This document shows, piece after piece, positions 17,696-26,411 of a stretch of DNA of 61,130 nucleotides (positions are counted from its first letter, which is position 1; the number at the start of each line of letters is the position of its first letter). The position numbers and the translations under genes were made by a program. The DNA lies in assembly GCA_910585915.1 (NCBI GenBank), contig CAJUGF010000004.1:1-61130 (forward strand), in the 5' to 3' direction. The notes beneath the pieces were generated by a model. That model was given only the letters and a program-made list of their open reading frames with translations, searched no databases and was not told the origin of the DNA. This DNA comes from an uncultured Bacilli bacterium. Its GTDB lineage: Bacteria; Bacillota_I; Bacilli_A; RF39; UBA660.

Positions 17696-18370
17696 ATGGC
17701 AATTTTAAAAAGTGAAATAAGAAATAAATTTACTACAATTCCTAATTCAGTAGTTCAAGCAGAAGATATAAGCGATGGAGATTATAGATTGCTGATTTAT
17801 CTTTATTCATTACCTGATGGTTGGAAAATAAATCAAGGATACCTAGGGCAGAAAATGAATTGCAGTCGTGTAAATATAAATAAAAAAATAAGTCGCATAA
17901 AACAAGCTGGATATTTAGATGTGATTAGGACAAGAGAAAATAATACTGACTTTATTTATGTGTTAAAAGAAAAAAATGTATCAGTAAATGATGTATCTTT
18001 GAGAGATGTATCATCTAGAAATGTATCTCTAAGTGATACATATATAAATACTAATATAATAAATACTAAAGAAATAAATACTGAATTAAATATAGAGCGT
18101 AAAAGTGCGGCAAAAAAATTTATTAAACCAACTTTAGAAGAGTTAAAAGAATATTGTACGGAATCGAGCTTAAGTGTAGATTGTCAATATTTCTATGATT
18201 ATTACGAAAGTAACGGATGGCTTGTTGGAAAAAATAAAATGAAAGATTGGAAAGCTACTTTAAGAAATTGGAATCGAAGAAATAAAGAAGAAAAAAAGGA
18301 AAATCAAAAATCTATTCAAGAAATGTTAGAAGAGGAACGAAAAAAAAATGAGCAGAGAAGAAGTTCTTGA
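17696..18370 (+). CDS. replication initiator/organiser protein (N-terminal winged-HTH)
   Basis: N-terminal wHTH-like region, C-terminal FYDYYESNGW..KDWKATLRNW motif common in phage replication proteins; carries internal iterons. Confidence 0.55.
   Translation: MAILKSEIRNKFTTIPNSVVQAEDISDGDYRLLIYLYSLPDGWKINQGYLGQKMNCSRVNINKKISRIKQAGYLDVIRTRENNTDFIYVLKEKNVSVNDVSLRDVSSRNVSLSDTYINTNIINTKEINTELNIERKSAAKKFIKPTLEELKEYCTESSLSVDCQYFYDYYESNGWLVGKNKMKDWKATLRNWNRRNKEEKKENQKSIQEMLEEERKKNEQRRSS
17976..18082 (+). repeat. putative phage origin: seven direct repeats on an exact 15-bp register inside the replication gene
   Basis: ATGTATC at 17976, 17991, 18006, 18021; inverted GATACAT 18035-18041; ATAAATACT at 18044, 18059, 18074. 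Confidence 0.6.
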
Positions 18371-18911
18371 TTTGTTAGGAACAATAGATGTCAGTTACAA
18401 AAGCTTTATTAAAGACACAAATAGTCTTTTAAAAACATGGGAAGAGGTATTGTGTCAATATGATAATGAGGAAGTTAGAGAAGAATTGAAAAGATGTATG
18501 GCAGAAGATCAATTTCAATACCAACCACCAACAGTATATTACTTGGTTAGAAATTTAAGAAAGATATGTGAGAAAGTTGATTATACAAAACAAGTGGTTT
18601 ATTGCCATTTATGTAAAAGACCGTTTAATGATGATGAACAATTAAAAAAGCATATAGATAGATGCTTAAGTGTAAGATATATACTTCGACAATATAAACG
18701 TTTCAATATTAGTAAACAACTTAGCAAAAGAGATTTGTATGAGATGAATCAAGAAGAATTTGATAAAAAATACGAAGAATTACTCAAATGGATACAAAAA
18801 AATACTACTGATGTACGTGAGAAAGCGAGAATTGAATTTATATTCAATCCACCTCGTGCAGAAGTTGCAAAAAGATATTTAAATCAAAAAGAGGGTTTGG
18901 GTTGTAATTAG
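18348..18911 (+). CDS. hypothetical protein with C2HC zinc-finger-like motif
   Basis: CHLCKRPF...HIDRC motif; follows replication gene. Confidence 0.5.
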   Translation: MSREEVLDLLGTIDVSYKSFIKDTNSLLKTWEEVLCQYDNEEVREELKRCMAEDQFQYQPPTVYYLVRNLRKICEKVDYTKQVVYCHLCKRPFNDDEQLKKHIDRCLSVRYILRQYKRFNISKQLSKRDLYEMNQEEFDKKYEELLKWIQKNTTDVREKARIEFIFNPPRAEVAKRYLNQKEGLGCN

Positions 18912-18925
18912 AAAGGATCATAACA

Positions 18926-19309
18926 ATGTTTAAACTAAAACAAAAACTAGATAACATATATGACTTATTAATTGACTTCAATAACAACGAAAGAAAACAT
19001 ACAAAAGCAACTGAATTTTTAATGAGAAGTTATGAAAGAAGTAATATTGAACTTACAAAAGAACTTGAAAGCGAAAGAGGTTCTAATATAACACTAAATG
19101 CAATTGTTAATGGTCAAGAATTAGAAATTCAAAGACTTACAAAGATTATCGAAGATGATAAGAAGTTCAAAGAAGATATCAAAGAATACTTAAAGACAGT
19201 TGCCACAATTGCAACAAATATTCAAAAGGAAGGTTTGACAAAAAAGATTAGTGCAGCTGCTTATACAAGAAATAACATAACTGATGAAACAAAGGCAAAA
19301 TTGAAATGA
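18926..19309 (+). CDS. hypothetical coiled-coil protein
   Basis: 127-aa ORF. Confidence 0.5.
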   Translation: MFKLKQKLDNIYDLLIDFNNNERKHTKATEFLMRSYERSNIELTKELESERGSNITLNAIVNGQELEIQRLTKIIEDDKKFKEDIKEYLKTVATIATNIQKEGLTKKISAAAYTRNNITDETKAKLK

Positions 19310-19569
19310 AAATATCTTATGAAGTTTTGAAACACGGAATAGAATATGTTCTTTGGAAAAATGTTGAAACAGAACATGGAGTCGGATCACATCGTGTGAT
19401 GTCGGGAACAAAAAGTGATTGTATGAACAAGTTGGAGGAATTAAATGGAACAAGAATTAGAAAGACTAAAAGCCAAAAACGTAGAACTGGACGGAAACAA
19501 CAGAATGCTTCTAGAACAGATAAAAAAACTAAAGAAAGATCACGAAAAAGAGTTGAAAGAGTTAAATGA
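19306..19569 (+). CDS. hypothetical protein (3' half probably not translated as shown)
   Basis: N-terminal 45 aa look protein-like; basic tail is the out-of-frame reading of the coiled-coil ORF 19445..19633. Confidence 0.35.
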   Translation: MKISYEVLKHGIEYVLWKNVETEHGVGSHRVMSGTKSDCMNKLEELNGTRIRKTKSQKRRTGRKQQNASRTDKKTKERSRKRVERVK

Positions 19570-19633
19570 GATTATCAAAGAAAAAGATAGAACTATTGCT
19601 GAGTTCAGATACAAACAACAAGAATTATTTTGA
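19445..19633 (+). CDS. hypothetical coiled-coil protein
   Basis: ATG seven nt after GGAGGA; heptad-like sequence. Confidence 0.5.
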   Translation: MEQELERLKAKNVELDGNNRMLLEQIKKLKKDHEKELKELNEIIKEKDRTIAEFRYKQQELF

Positions 19634-20015
19634 ACACTTCTGCGAGTTCTGGCTACCAATTTACAAACATCAAGTGATAGAGGCTAAATTGGAAGATAAC
19701 AAAAAAGCTCTATCAGAGATAATGCTTAACTTAGTTAAAAATATTCATTTAAAAGAGGATGAAAAAAGATATATAGCAAAAAGGATTGGGATTTATTACT
19801 TAATAGAAGAGGATGGAAAGATGGGATTTGAAAAATCAAAAAAACAAGCAAATGAAGTGCATAGAGTAACTAAAATTTGTAGATGCAGCAATCGAATACA
19901 TTTCATGAAACATAATCAAGATTATAAAATCTGTGAAATTTGTGGACGAAAAGTATCTCGAGATAAGAATGCTGAATTTAGAGAAAAACTGAAACAAAAA
20001 ATGAAGGAGAGATAA
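19566..20015 (+). CDS. hypothetical zinc-ribbon protein (start uncertain)
   Basis: CRCSNRIHF...CEICGRKV; overlaps the preceding ORF by 68 nt so the true start is probably internal. Confidence 0.45.
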   Translation: MRLSKKKIELLLSSDTNNKNYFEHFCEFWLPIYKHQVIEAKLEDNKKALSEIMLNLVKNIHLKEDEKRYIAKRIGIYYLIEEDGKMGFEKSKKQANEVHRVTKICRCSNRIHFMKHNQDYKICEICGRKVSRDKNAEFREKLKQKMKER

Positions 20016-20017
20016 AA

Positions 20018-20506
20018 GTGAAATATAAAGTAAACGATCAAGTTAGAGTTAGAGAAGATTTGAAAGAAAATAATTTTTATGGTGGTTGTAGAGCTACAGC
20101 AGAAATGGAAAAATTTGCAGGAAAAATAGTAACAATTAGTAGAGTGAATGAGCATTCAGAACGTTATAAAGTCAAAGAAGATGAAGAAATACGGAATTGG
20201 TCAGAAGAAATGTTTGAAGGATTAGCAACATTCACAAAATCTGATTTAAAAGAAGGAGATATATGCACTTTAAGAAATGGAGACAAAGAAGCTTTTATGG
20301 AAGGTGATTTTTGTGGATACGATTTAGATGGTTATGAAGAAGATCTAACTAGTAAAGATGGTGATAAAAATTGCGATATTGTAAAAGTAGAACGTCCAAC
20401 AAAACTTGAAACAGTATTTGAAAGAAAAGAAGAACCAAAAGAGATGACATTAAAAGAAGTCTGCGAAAAGTTAGGCTACGAAGTAAAAATTATCAAAGAA
20501 AATTAG
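20018..20506 (+). CDS. hypothetical protein
   Basis: 162-aa ORF, GTG start after AAGGAGAG. Confidence 0.5.
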   Translation: MKYKVNDQVRVREDLKENNFYGGCRATAEMEKFAGKIVTISRVNEHSERYKVKEDEEIRNWSEEMFEGLATFTKSDLKEGDICTLRNGDKEAFMEGDFCGYDLDGYEEDLTSKDGDKNCDIVKVERPTKLETVFERKEEPKEMTLKEVCEKLGYEVKIIKEN

Positions 20507-20518
20507 GAGGAAATAGAA

Positions 20519-21190
20519 GTGGAAGAGAAATTAAATATAAAAGAACTAAACATTTTTCAAAAAATGTTAAAAGCAACTGAAAAAATAAATACAGTAGCAA
20601 AAAATTTGAAAGTAGACATTAGCAAGACGATGAGTTATAAGGCAGTTAGTGAATCTGATATTTTAGAAGCGGTTAAGCCGATTGAGACTGAATTTGGAAT
20701 TTATAGTTATCCATTTGAAAGAAATGTTATTGAAACAGAGGTACTAGAAACTGTTAGAGAATATAATGGACAACGAACTGAATCAAAGCAGCTTTTTATG
20801 AGATTAGAAGTTAAATACCGATTTGTAAATGTAGATAAACCTGAAGAATATGTCGATATCACAACTTATGGTGATGGAGTTGATAGTCAAGATAAAGCAC
20901 CAGGGAAAGCAATGACATATGCTGATAAATATGCGTTAATGAAGGCTTATAAAATTCAAACTGGAGAAGATCCAGATAAAGAACCTAGTGGAGATTTAAA
21001 AGGTGTGGATAAAAGTAAAAAAATTACAAAAGCAACCCAAAAACAAATTGAAATACTTGCAAAAGTTTACAAAGAAGATAATTTAGCAAAGTTATTAAAT
21101 GCCAATGGAATAACAAGGCTTGAAGATTTAAATGTTCAAAAAGCAAGTGAATTAATAAAAAAAATAAGTGAAAAGAAGGAAGAAAAATAA
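20519..21190 (+). CDS. ERF-family single-strand annealing protein
   Basis: ...MSYKAVSESDILEAVKPIETEFGI... and DKAPGKAMTYADKYALMKAYKIQTGEDPD match ERF family hallmarks. Confidence 0.75.
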   Translation: MEEKLNIKELNIFQKMLKATEKINTVAKNLKVDISKTMSYKAVSESDILEAVKPIETEFGIYSYPFERNVIETEVLETVREYNGQRTESKQLFMRLEVKYRFVNVDKPEEYVDITTYGDGVDSQDKAPGKAMTYADKYALMKAYKIQTGEDPDKEPSGDLKGVDKSKKITKATQKQIEILAKVYKEDNLAKLLNANGITRLEDLNVQKASELIKKISEKKEEK

Positions 21191-21192
21191 TT

Positions 21193-21510
21193 ATGAATGA
21201 ATTAGTAAAAATAGAAAATAATGAGATAGTTATTGCAAATGAAACAATAGAAAAAATTAAAAATTTTGAGAAAGTCAAAGCTGAAATGGATTTAATGCAA
21301 AAAGATTTGAAACAACAATTAAAAGACAAAATGGAATCTTTAGGAATAAAAAAATTCATAGCAAATGGATTATGTGCAACTATTAAAAATGCTACTACTA
21401 GAACAACATTAGATAGTAAAAAGTTAAAAGAAGAGCTTCCAGATATTTATGAAGAATATTCAAAAACAAGTGATGTTGCAAGTTCAATCACCCTAACTGT
21501 GGCAGATTAA
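21193..21510 (+). CDS. hypothetical protein (recombination module)
   Basis: 105-aa ORF between ERF and nuclease. Confidence 0.5.
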   Translation: MNELVKIENNEIVIANETIEKIKNFEKVKAEMDLMQKDLKQQLKDKMESLGIKKFIANGLCATIKNATTRTTLDSKKLKEELPDIYEEYSKTSDVASSITLTVAD

Positions 21511-21511
21511 T

Positions 21512-22105
21512 ATGATCGAATTTATCGAAGAAGGTCACTTATATCTGAAAGATGGAGTGTTATTGCCTAGTGTATCAGAAATTTTACATTTCATCTTCCC
21601 AGATAAATATAAGAATATAGATCAAGAAGTATTAAATAAAAAAGCAAAATGGGGCAGTACAATTCATGAAGCAATTGAACGTTTAGAAACAAAATATACT
21701 TGTATCATGCCAGAACTAGATTCTACTCAATGGTTTAGTATAAATCAATGGAAAAGACTAAAAGCCAAATATAACATTGAAGTTTTAGAACAAGAGCAGA
21801 TGATCAATTACAAAAGCGACTATGCAGGACGATTTGACATGATAGCCAAAGTAAATGATGAACTTAGTTTATGTGATATCAAGACGACAGCACAACTTGA
21901 TAAAGAATATTTATCATGGCAATTAAGCTTTTATGAACTAGCACACATGACAATGTATGGAACACCTAAGTTTGAAAAGTTATATGCTATATGGCTTCCA
22001 AAAAGAGAATATGGTGAGCTAGAAAAAATCGAAAGAAAATCTATTAGTGAATTATTAAATGTTTTAAAGGAATTTAAAGAAAGTAGAAAAGAGGTAACAG
22101 AATGA
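21512..22105 (+). CDS. PD-(D/E)XK (RecB/Cas4-like) exonuclease
   Basis: N-terminal HLY..G..LPSVSEIL, catalytic GRFDM ... LCDIKT (D...D.K) and QLSFY motifs; partner position to ERF. Confidence 0.7.
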   Translation: MIEFIEEGHLYLKDGVLLPSVSEILHFIFPDKYKNIDQEVLNKKAKWGSTIHEAIERLETKYTCIMPELDSTQWFSINQWKRLKAKYNIEVLEQEQMINYKSDYAGRFDMIAKVNDELSLCDIKTTAQLDKEYLSWQLSFYELAHMTMYGTPKFEKLYAIWLPKREYGELEKIERKSISELLNVLKEFKESRKEVTE

Positions 22106-22542
22106 ATATATTAGATGTAATTTTAATTGTAATTAATATTTTTGTAGTAATTGGGGGTATAGGTCTATTTGTCTGGGTAGTAAAAGATGCATTTGATTTT
22201 GTAGAAGGATTAAACTTTGGATTATTAATGTTAATACTAATCGCATTTGTAATGGTACTTACATTTTTCTTACCATTTGTAGTTTTAGATAAGGGAAGCG
22301 GTTCTACTATTGGAACTATAACAAGTGTAGATAAAAATTTCTTTGGAACAACAAGTGTTTATATAAAAACGAGTGAAACAACGCAAGAGAAATACTGCAT
22401 TGAAAGCAATGACATTGTTGAAAAATCAAAAGAAATGATTGGTAAGAAAGTAAAAATCAGTTATGGAGAAAGAATAGGACTTTATTCTACAAGTAAGTGT
22501 CATTCTGCACCTATCGAAGTTATAGAAGAGGTAATAGAATGA
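22102..22542 (+). CDS. membrane protein
   Basis: Two N-terminal hydrophobic helices. Confidence 0.5.
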   Translation: MNILDVILIVINIFVVIGGIGLFVWVVKDAFDFVEGLNFGLLMLILIAFVMVLTFFLPFVVLDKGSGSTIGTITSVDKNFFGTTSVYIKTSETTQEKYCIESNDIVEKSKEMIGKKVKISYGERIGLYSTSKCHSAPIEVIEEVIE

Positions 22543-23054
22543 AAAAAGAAGATATTATTTCTAAAATAAAAGAACAAGCTTACGAAAATGTTAATAAAAA
22601 ACTAGAAGAAGAACAAAAAAGAACAGAAGAAAAAATAAATAAAGAAATAGATGTTGTTGAGGAAATACTAGGATATATTGCAAATAAAATGTTATTCAAA
22701 AAGCCAGAATATGGAAAGTACGTTTTAGTTGATGAAAAAATGTTTTTTGAAGATTATAGCAATGAACCTAAAAATAGTTGGAGTACTAAACTAGCTATTA
22801 AACATGGTAGAACTAGAAAATATGATCCTTTTGTTATAGTTAATGGAGAGGATTATTATGACATCAGGTACATCATAAATGATTACGAAGAGAGTTTTGA
22901 GTATTATAGAAGAAAACTAAGAGATAAAATGACAGACCTAAGTAGTATTGAACAAAAAGTTAATGAACTAAAAGCACAGGAACCAAAAATTAAAGAATTA
23001 ATTGAACAATATAAAAGAGTTGAAATTAGTGAACCTGATGAGGTAGAAGAATGA
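22539..23054 (+). CDS. hypothetical protein
   Basis: ATGA overlap with upstream stop; in-frame start of track ORF 22497..23054. Confidence 0.5.
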   Translation: MKKEDIISKIKEQAYENVNKKLEEEQKRTEEKINKEIDVVEEILGYIANKMLFKKPEYGKYVLVDEKMFFEDYSNEPKNSWSTKLAIKHGRTRKYDPFVIVNGEDYYDIRYIINDYEESFEYYRRKLRDKMTDLSSIEQKVNELKAQEPKIKELIEQYKRVEISEPDEVEE

Positions 23055-23224
23055 AAATAATAGATAAATTAATTGATAGAATAGAAAATTATGTATGTGA
23101 TGTATTAGCTCCAGCATTTGGTGTCTTGTGTGTAACTTTTGCTGGGAACTGGAAAACACGAGTAGTTGGAATAGTAATTTTAGTATTGGATTTTTTAACA
23201 TATAAAAATGAGGCAAGAAAATGA
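23051..23224 (+). CDS. 57-aa small membrane protein (not in ORF track)
   Basis: ATGA start/stop coupling at both ends; hydrophobic core. Confidence 0.4.
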   Translation: MKIIDKLIDRIENYVCDVLAPAFGVLCVTFAGNWKTRVVGIVILVLDFLTYKNEARK

Positions 23225-23409
23225 TAATAGCAAATGATATAAATGATTCTAAAATACCAATTCCAAAATGTTGTGATAATTGTGGGAATTGCATTTATTT
23301 AGGTGAAGGAGATTACATTTGCAGTGAAAATGATGTGATAGTGATGGAAGATCATAGCCCCAATGACAATTACAACTATTGCAATGCATGTGACTGGGAG
23401 GCTGAATAA
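23221..23409 (+). CDS. Cys-rich small protein
   Basis: CCDNCGNC...C...C..C motifs. Confidence 0.5.
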   Translation: MIIANDINDSKIPIPKCCDNCGNCIYLGEGDYICSENDVIVMEDHSPNDNYNYCNACDWEAE

Positions 23410-23570
23410 TGATAACAATTCTAAGATTAATCATCGTTGTAGCAATGCTAGTATTTCTTATTTTACAAATTTATTATTCGATTAGAGAAAAATTAGATAA
23501 AAGTTTGCTAAGTTGTGTAATTATTCAAATTCTGAATATCATTCAATTAATTTTAAGGTGCTTTGAATGA
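23409..23570 (+). CDS. 53-aa small membrane protein (not in ORF track)
   Basis: Translationally coupled at both ends (TAATG, ATGA); hydrophobic N-terminus. Confidence 0.4.
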   Translation: MITILRLIIVVAMLVFLILQIYYSIREKLDKSLLSCVIIQILNIIQLILRCFE

Positions 23571-24040
23571 CATTTACAGGAACAAAATCAGAAATACAAC
23601 AATATATATTCAAATTAGATAAAGATACAAAGTATGATATCAAGATTGATAAACACAAAAGAAAAAGAAGTTTGGATGCGAATGCTTATTCATGGGTTCT
23701 TCAAAATGAAATAAGTAATGTATTACGTATATCAAAAGAAGAAGTTCATTTTAATATGTTGAAGTCGTATGGACAGAGGGATTATGTTAGTTTACTTGCT
23801 AATATTGACCCTCATCCTTACTTTCCTTACTTTGAAGAACAAGGTACATTCAAGCATAGAAATAACACTTTTAAAAGTTACATGATATATAAACCAACAA
23901 GAAACTATAATTCAAGAGAAATGAGTATATTTATTGATGGATTGATTCAAGAAGCAAGAAATTTGGGAATAGAAACCAAAGAAGATAAAGAAATAGAAGC
24001 AATGTTAAAAGAAATGGAGAGATATGAAAGTTTATCTTAA
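23567..24040 (+). CDS. NinB/Orf-like recombination mediator
   Basis: KRKRSLDANAYSWVL resembles the lambda NinB RSLDQNRKLWA motif; position near SSB. Confidence 0.5.
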   Translation: MTFTGTKSEIQQYIFKLDKDTKYDIKIDKHKRKRSLDANAYSWVLQNEISNVLRISKEEVHFNMLKSYGQRDYVSLLANIDPHPYFPYFEEQGTFKHRNNTFKSYMIYKPTRNYNSREMSIFIDGLIQEARNLGIETKEDKEIEAMLKEMERYESLS

Positions 24041-24120
24041 ATTATATAAACGATATAAAAACTTAAAAAACAAAAATAAAAGATACAGAAGAGTTATTAG
24101 AAAATTAAAAAAGGAGATAA

Positions 24121-24396
24121 ATGATTATGAAAATAACCAATGTAGAAGTAAAAAAAATAAAAAGCCAAGATGAAAGAATAAAAGGATTAGCAAATGTTGT
24201 AATTGATGAATCCTTTGTAATTCATGATATTCGAATTATTAAAGGAAATAATGACTTGTTTTTAGCAATGCCTAGCAGAAAGACTGCTACTGGTGATTAT
24301 AGAGATATAGCTCATCCAATCAACCAAAAAATACGTAAGATGTTTGAAGAGGCTATTTTTAAAGAACTTAACAAGGAGAATAAGTCAGATGAATAA
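24121..24396 (+). CDS. spoVG: SpoVG-family protein (phage-encoded)
   Basis: MKITNVEVKKI...GLANVVIDESFVIHDIRIIKGNNDLFLAMPSRKTATGDYRDIAHPIN aligns residue by residue with my memory of bacterial SpoVG. Confidence 0.8.
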   Translation: MIMKITNVEVKKIKSQDERIKGLANVVIDESFVIHDIRIIKGNNDLFLAMPSRKTATGDYRDIAHPINQKIRKMFEEAIFKELNKENKSDE

Positions 24397-24838
24397 AGTG
24401 ATTCTAATCGGCAGACTAGCTAAAGATCCAGAACTTAGAACGACAGCAAGTGGAACATCAGTATCAAAATTTACTTTAGCAGTCAATCGTGGTAAAGACC
24501 AAAATGGAAATGATAGAGGAGCAGATTTTATAAATTGTGCAGCTTGGAGAAAACGAGCAGAAAATCTAGCTAAATATTGTCAAAAAGGAAGTAAAATTGT
24601 GTTAGAAGGATTCATATGCAATTACTCTTATGAAGAGCAAAACGGTGACAGAAGATATGTGACAGAAGTTGTTGCAGATAAAATAACATTTTTGGGTGGT
24701 AGACAACAAGAATCACAATTCAGTTCTAATCAAGAAGCATTGAATAGTGCAATAAATGAAACAGATCCATTTAAAGAGTTTGACAAAGAATTTATTGAAA
24801 TGCACAATGATGAATTTAATTGGGATTTGCCATTTTAG
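24389..24838 (+). CDS. ssb: single-stranded DNA-binding protein
   Basis: MNKVILIGRLAKDPELR OB-fold start and acidic DLPF C-terminal tail; ATG 24389 in frame with track ORF 24344. Confidence 0.9.
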   Translation: MNKVILIGRLAKDPELRTTASGTSVSKFTLAVNRGKDQNGNDRGADFINCAAWRKRAENLAKYCQKGSKIVLEGFICNYSYEEQNGDRRYVTEVVADKITFLGGRQQESQFSSNQEALNSAINETDPFKEFDKEFIEMHNDEFNWDLPF

Positions 24839-24847
24839 AGGTGTACT

Positions 24848-25444
24848 ATGAATGAACAATATGAAAAAATATTTTTAAAAAAACTACAGGATTGCATAAT
24901 TGGATTAGATGAATTAGATGAGTTAGTTAATACAAATGGAGAACGGCAAAGCAACATTGATTTGGAATTAAGTGATTGGTTACATCATTTACAAAATAAT
25001 TTTGAGGTTTTTAGCAGAGCATCTTTGGCAAATGTTGCTGAAAAAATAGGAAACTTAAGATTAGAAAGAGCATCTTTAAGAAATGAATATGAATTGATTA
25101 AGAGATACAAAGAACTAAGTAATCGAATGATGAGCAAAGATAATCGTCAATTTATAATTTCAGAAATTCAAAAAACAATGAAGAATTTGAATCAACCATA
25201 CCAGAATAGAATAATTGACGAAAAAATGATTGCAAAAGTGGAAGCTATAACTGCAGAAGAAAAAAAACAAGAAATTACAAAAGCAAAACGTCAAAGAAAA
25301 GAATCTAGTAAAGAACTTGATCAGATTTTATTGAAGATGAAGTCAGAAGGAAAAACTCAAAGAGAAATGGCTGAAAAAGTTGGAATGACTCAAGCTAGTG
25401 TTAGTATTCGTTTAAAAAGATTGAAAGAGGTAGCTAATGCCTAA
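24848..25444 (+). CDS. hypothetical protein with C-terminal HTH (sigma-70 region-4-like)
   Basis: C-terminus GKTQREMAEKVGMTQASVSIRLKRLKE. Confidence 0.45.
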   Translation: MNEQYEKIFLKKLQDCIIGLDELDELVNTNGERQSNIDLELSDWLHHLQNNFEVFSRASLANVAEKIGNLRLERASLRNEYELIKRYKELSNRMMSKDNRQFIISEIQKTMKNLNQPYQNRIIDEKMIAKVEAITAEEKKQEITKAKRQRKESSKELDQILLKMKSEGKTQREMAEKVGMTQASVSIRLKRLKEVANA

Positions 25445-25637
25445 AAATCTAGTGTATATACCTTTACCAATAGCTAAATTACTAGCTGATAAAGATAAAG
25501 AGATAAGTGCTTTGCAGGAAGAAAATATGGAGTTGGAATGTAAGGTGATGAGTTTAGAAGAAGAACTTGAGTATTGCAAAGTAGAACCAATGGATGATCC
25601 TTATGAGTTTTACGGAGTTGGAAGGAGTGATTTTTAA
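25437..25637 (+). CDS. hypothetical protein
   Basis: 66-aa ORF. Confidence 0.45.
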   Translation: MPKNLVYIPLPIAKLLADKDKEISALQEENMELECKVMSLEEELEYCKVEPMDDPYEFYGVGRSDF

Positions 25638-25918
25638 TGGATGAGCAATATGAAACTTCACAAGAACTATTATTTGAATTACAACAAGAAAATGAAAAAT
25701 TACAACAAGAAAATGAAAAATTACAAAGAGAAAATGAAAAATTAAAAATAGGTTTTTGTGAAATTTGGGACTTTTTAGAAGTAAATATACTTAAAATACA
25801 TGTATCTAGAAATAATTTCACTCCAGGAAATGAAATGAAAGCACTTGCTAAATCTATTTATTTGAAAATTCAAAAAATGATTGAAGAAAAAAGTCATTTT
25901 AAGGAGTTATATAAATGA
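25637..25918 (+). CDS. hypothetical coiled-coil protein
   Basis: 93-aa ORF containing the QQENEKL tandem repeat. Confidence 0.5.
   Translation: MDEQYETSQELLFELQQENEKLQQENEKLQRENEKLKIGFCEIWDFLEVNILKIHVSRNNFTPGNEMKALAKSIYLKIQKMIEEKSHFKELYK
25681..25743 (+). repeat. 21-bp tandem repeat x3 (coding QQENEKL heptads)
   Basis: ACAACAAGAAAATGAAAAATT twice, then ACAAAGAGAAAATGAAAAATT. Confidence 0.9.
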
Positions 25919-26094
25919 AGTGGAATTATTTAAGAAGATTTCAAAAATACGATTTAAGATATGACTTTGTAGATAAAATTTTATTTATATATAAAGCTAT
26001 GTTAGTAGAAGAATTTATAAAATTAAAAAATATTATACGTGATTATGAATTAGAAATAAAAGATATAAGAATTGTAGAGAGAGGTAGAAAGTGA
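25915..26094 (+). CDS. 59-aa hypothetical protein (not in ORF track)
   Basis: ATGA coupling to the upstream stop and GTGA coupling to the next gene. Confidence 0.4.
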   Translation: MKWNYLRRFQKYDLRYDFVDKILFIYKAMLVEEFIKLKNIIRDYELEIKDIRIVERGRK

Positions 26095-26405
26095 ACAATA
26101 AAGGATTTATAGAAATATTCGCTATATTATTTATAGCATTAGTGTTCTTTTTAATAGGATTTATGATTTATAAAAATGTTAGTTTTGGAACTAAACAAGG
26201 AATAGTTATTGATAAAGAGTATCATTCTGCGTGGGTATCTTACACTTCATCTTATGTAAATGGTAGTACTATTAGTATTCCTGTAACGCACCCACAAAGT
26301 TGGTCGATTAAGATACAAAAAGATGACAAGAACTTGTGGATTGAAGTATCAGAATCTGAATACAATCAAATTAACATAGGCGATTGTTATCAATGTAAGG
26401 AGTGA
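26091..26405 (+). CDS. membrane-anchored protein
   Basis: N-terminal helix FIEIFAILFIALVFFLIGFMIY. Confidence 0.5.
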   Translation: MNNKGFIEIFAILFIALVFFLIGFMIYKNVSFGTKQGIVIDKEYHSAWVSYTSSYVNGSTISIPVTHPQSWSIKIQKDDKNLWIEVSESEYNQINIGDCYQCKE

Positions 26406-26411
26406 TTATAT

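Noticed and set aside
21024-21359. Antisense ORFs inside phage genes. Examples are 19190..19453, 19922..20155, 21024..21359, 22998..23294, 25474..25821, 26635..26904, 37113..37454, 38728..38976, 40766..41059 and 49694..50014.
   Set aside because: Same reasoning: they overlap better-supported plus-strand genes that form translationally coupled operons, and their sequences are low complexity.
25681-25743. Possible CRISPR-like or regulatory tandem repeat (21 bp x3).
   Set aside because: There are no spacers, and the repeat is in frame within a coding coiled coil (QQENEKL heptads). It is a simple coding tandem duplication.
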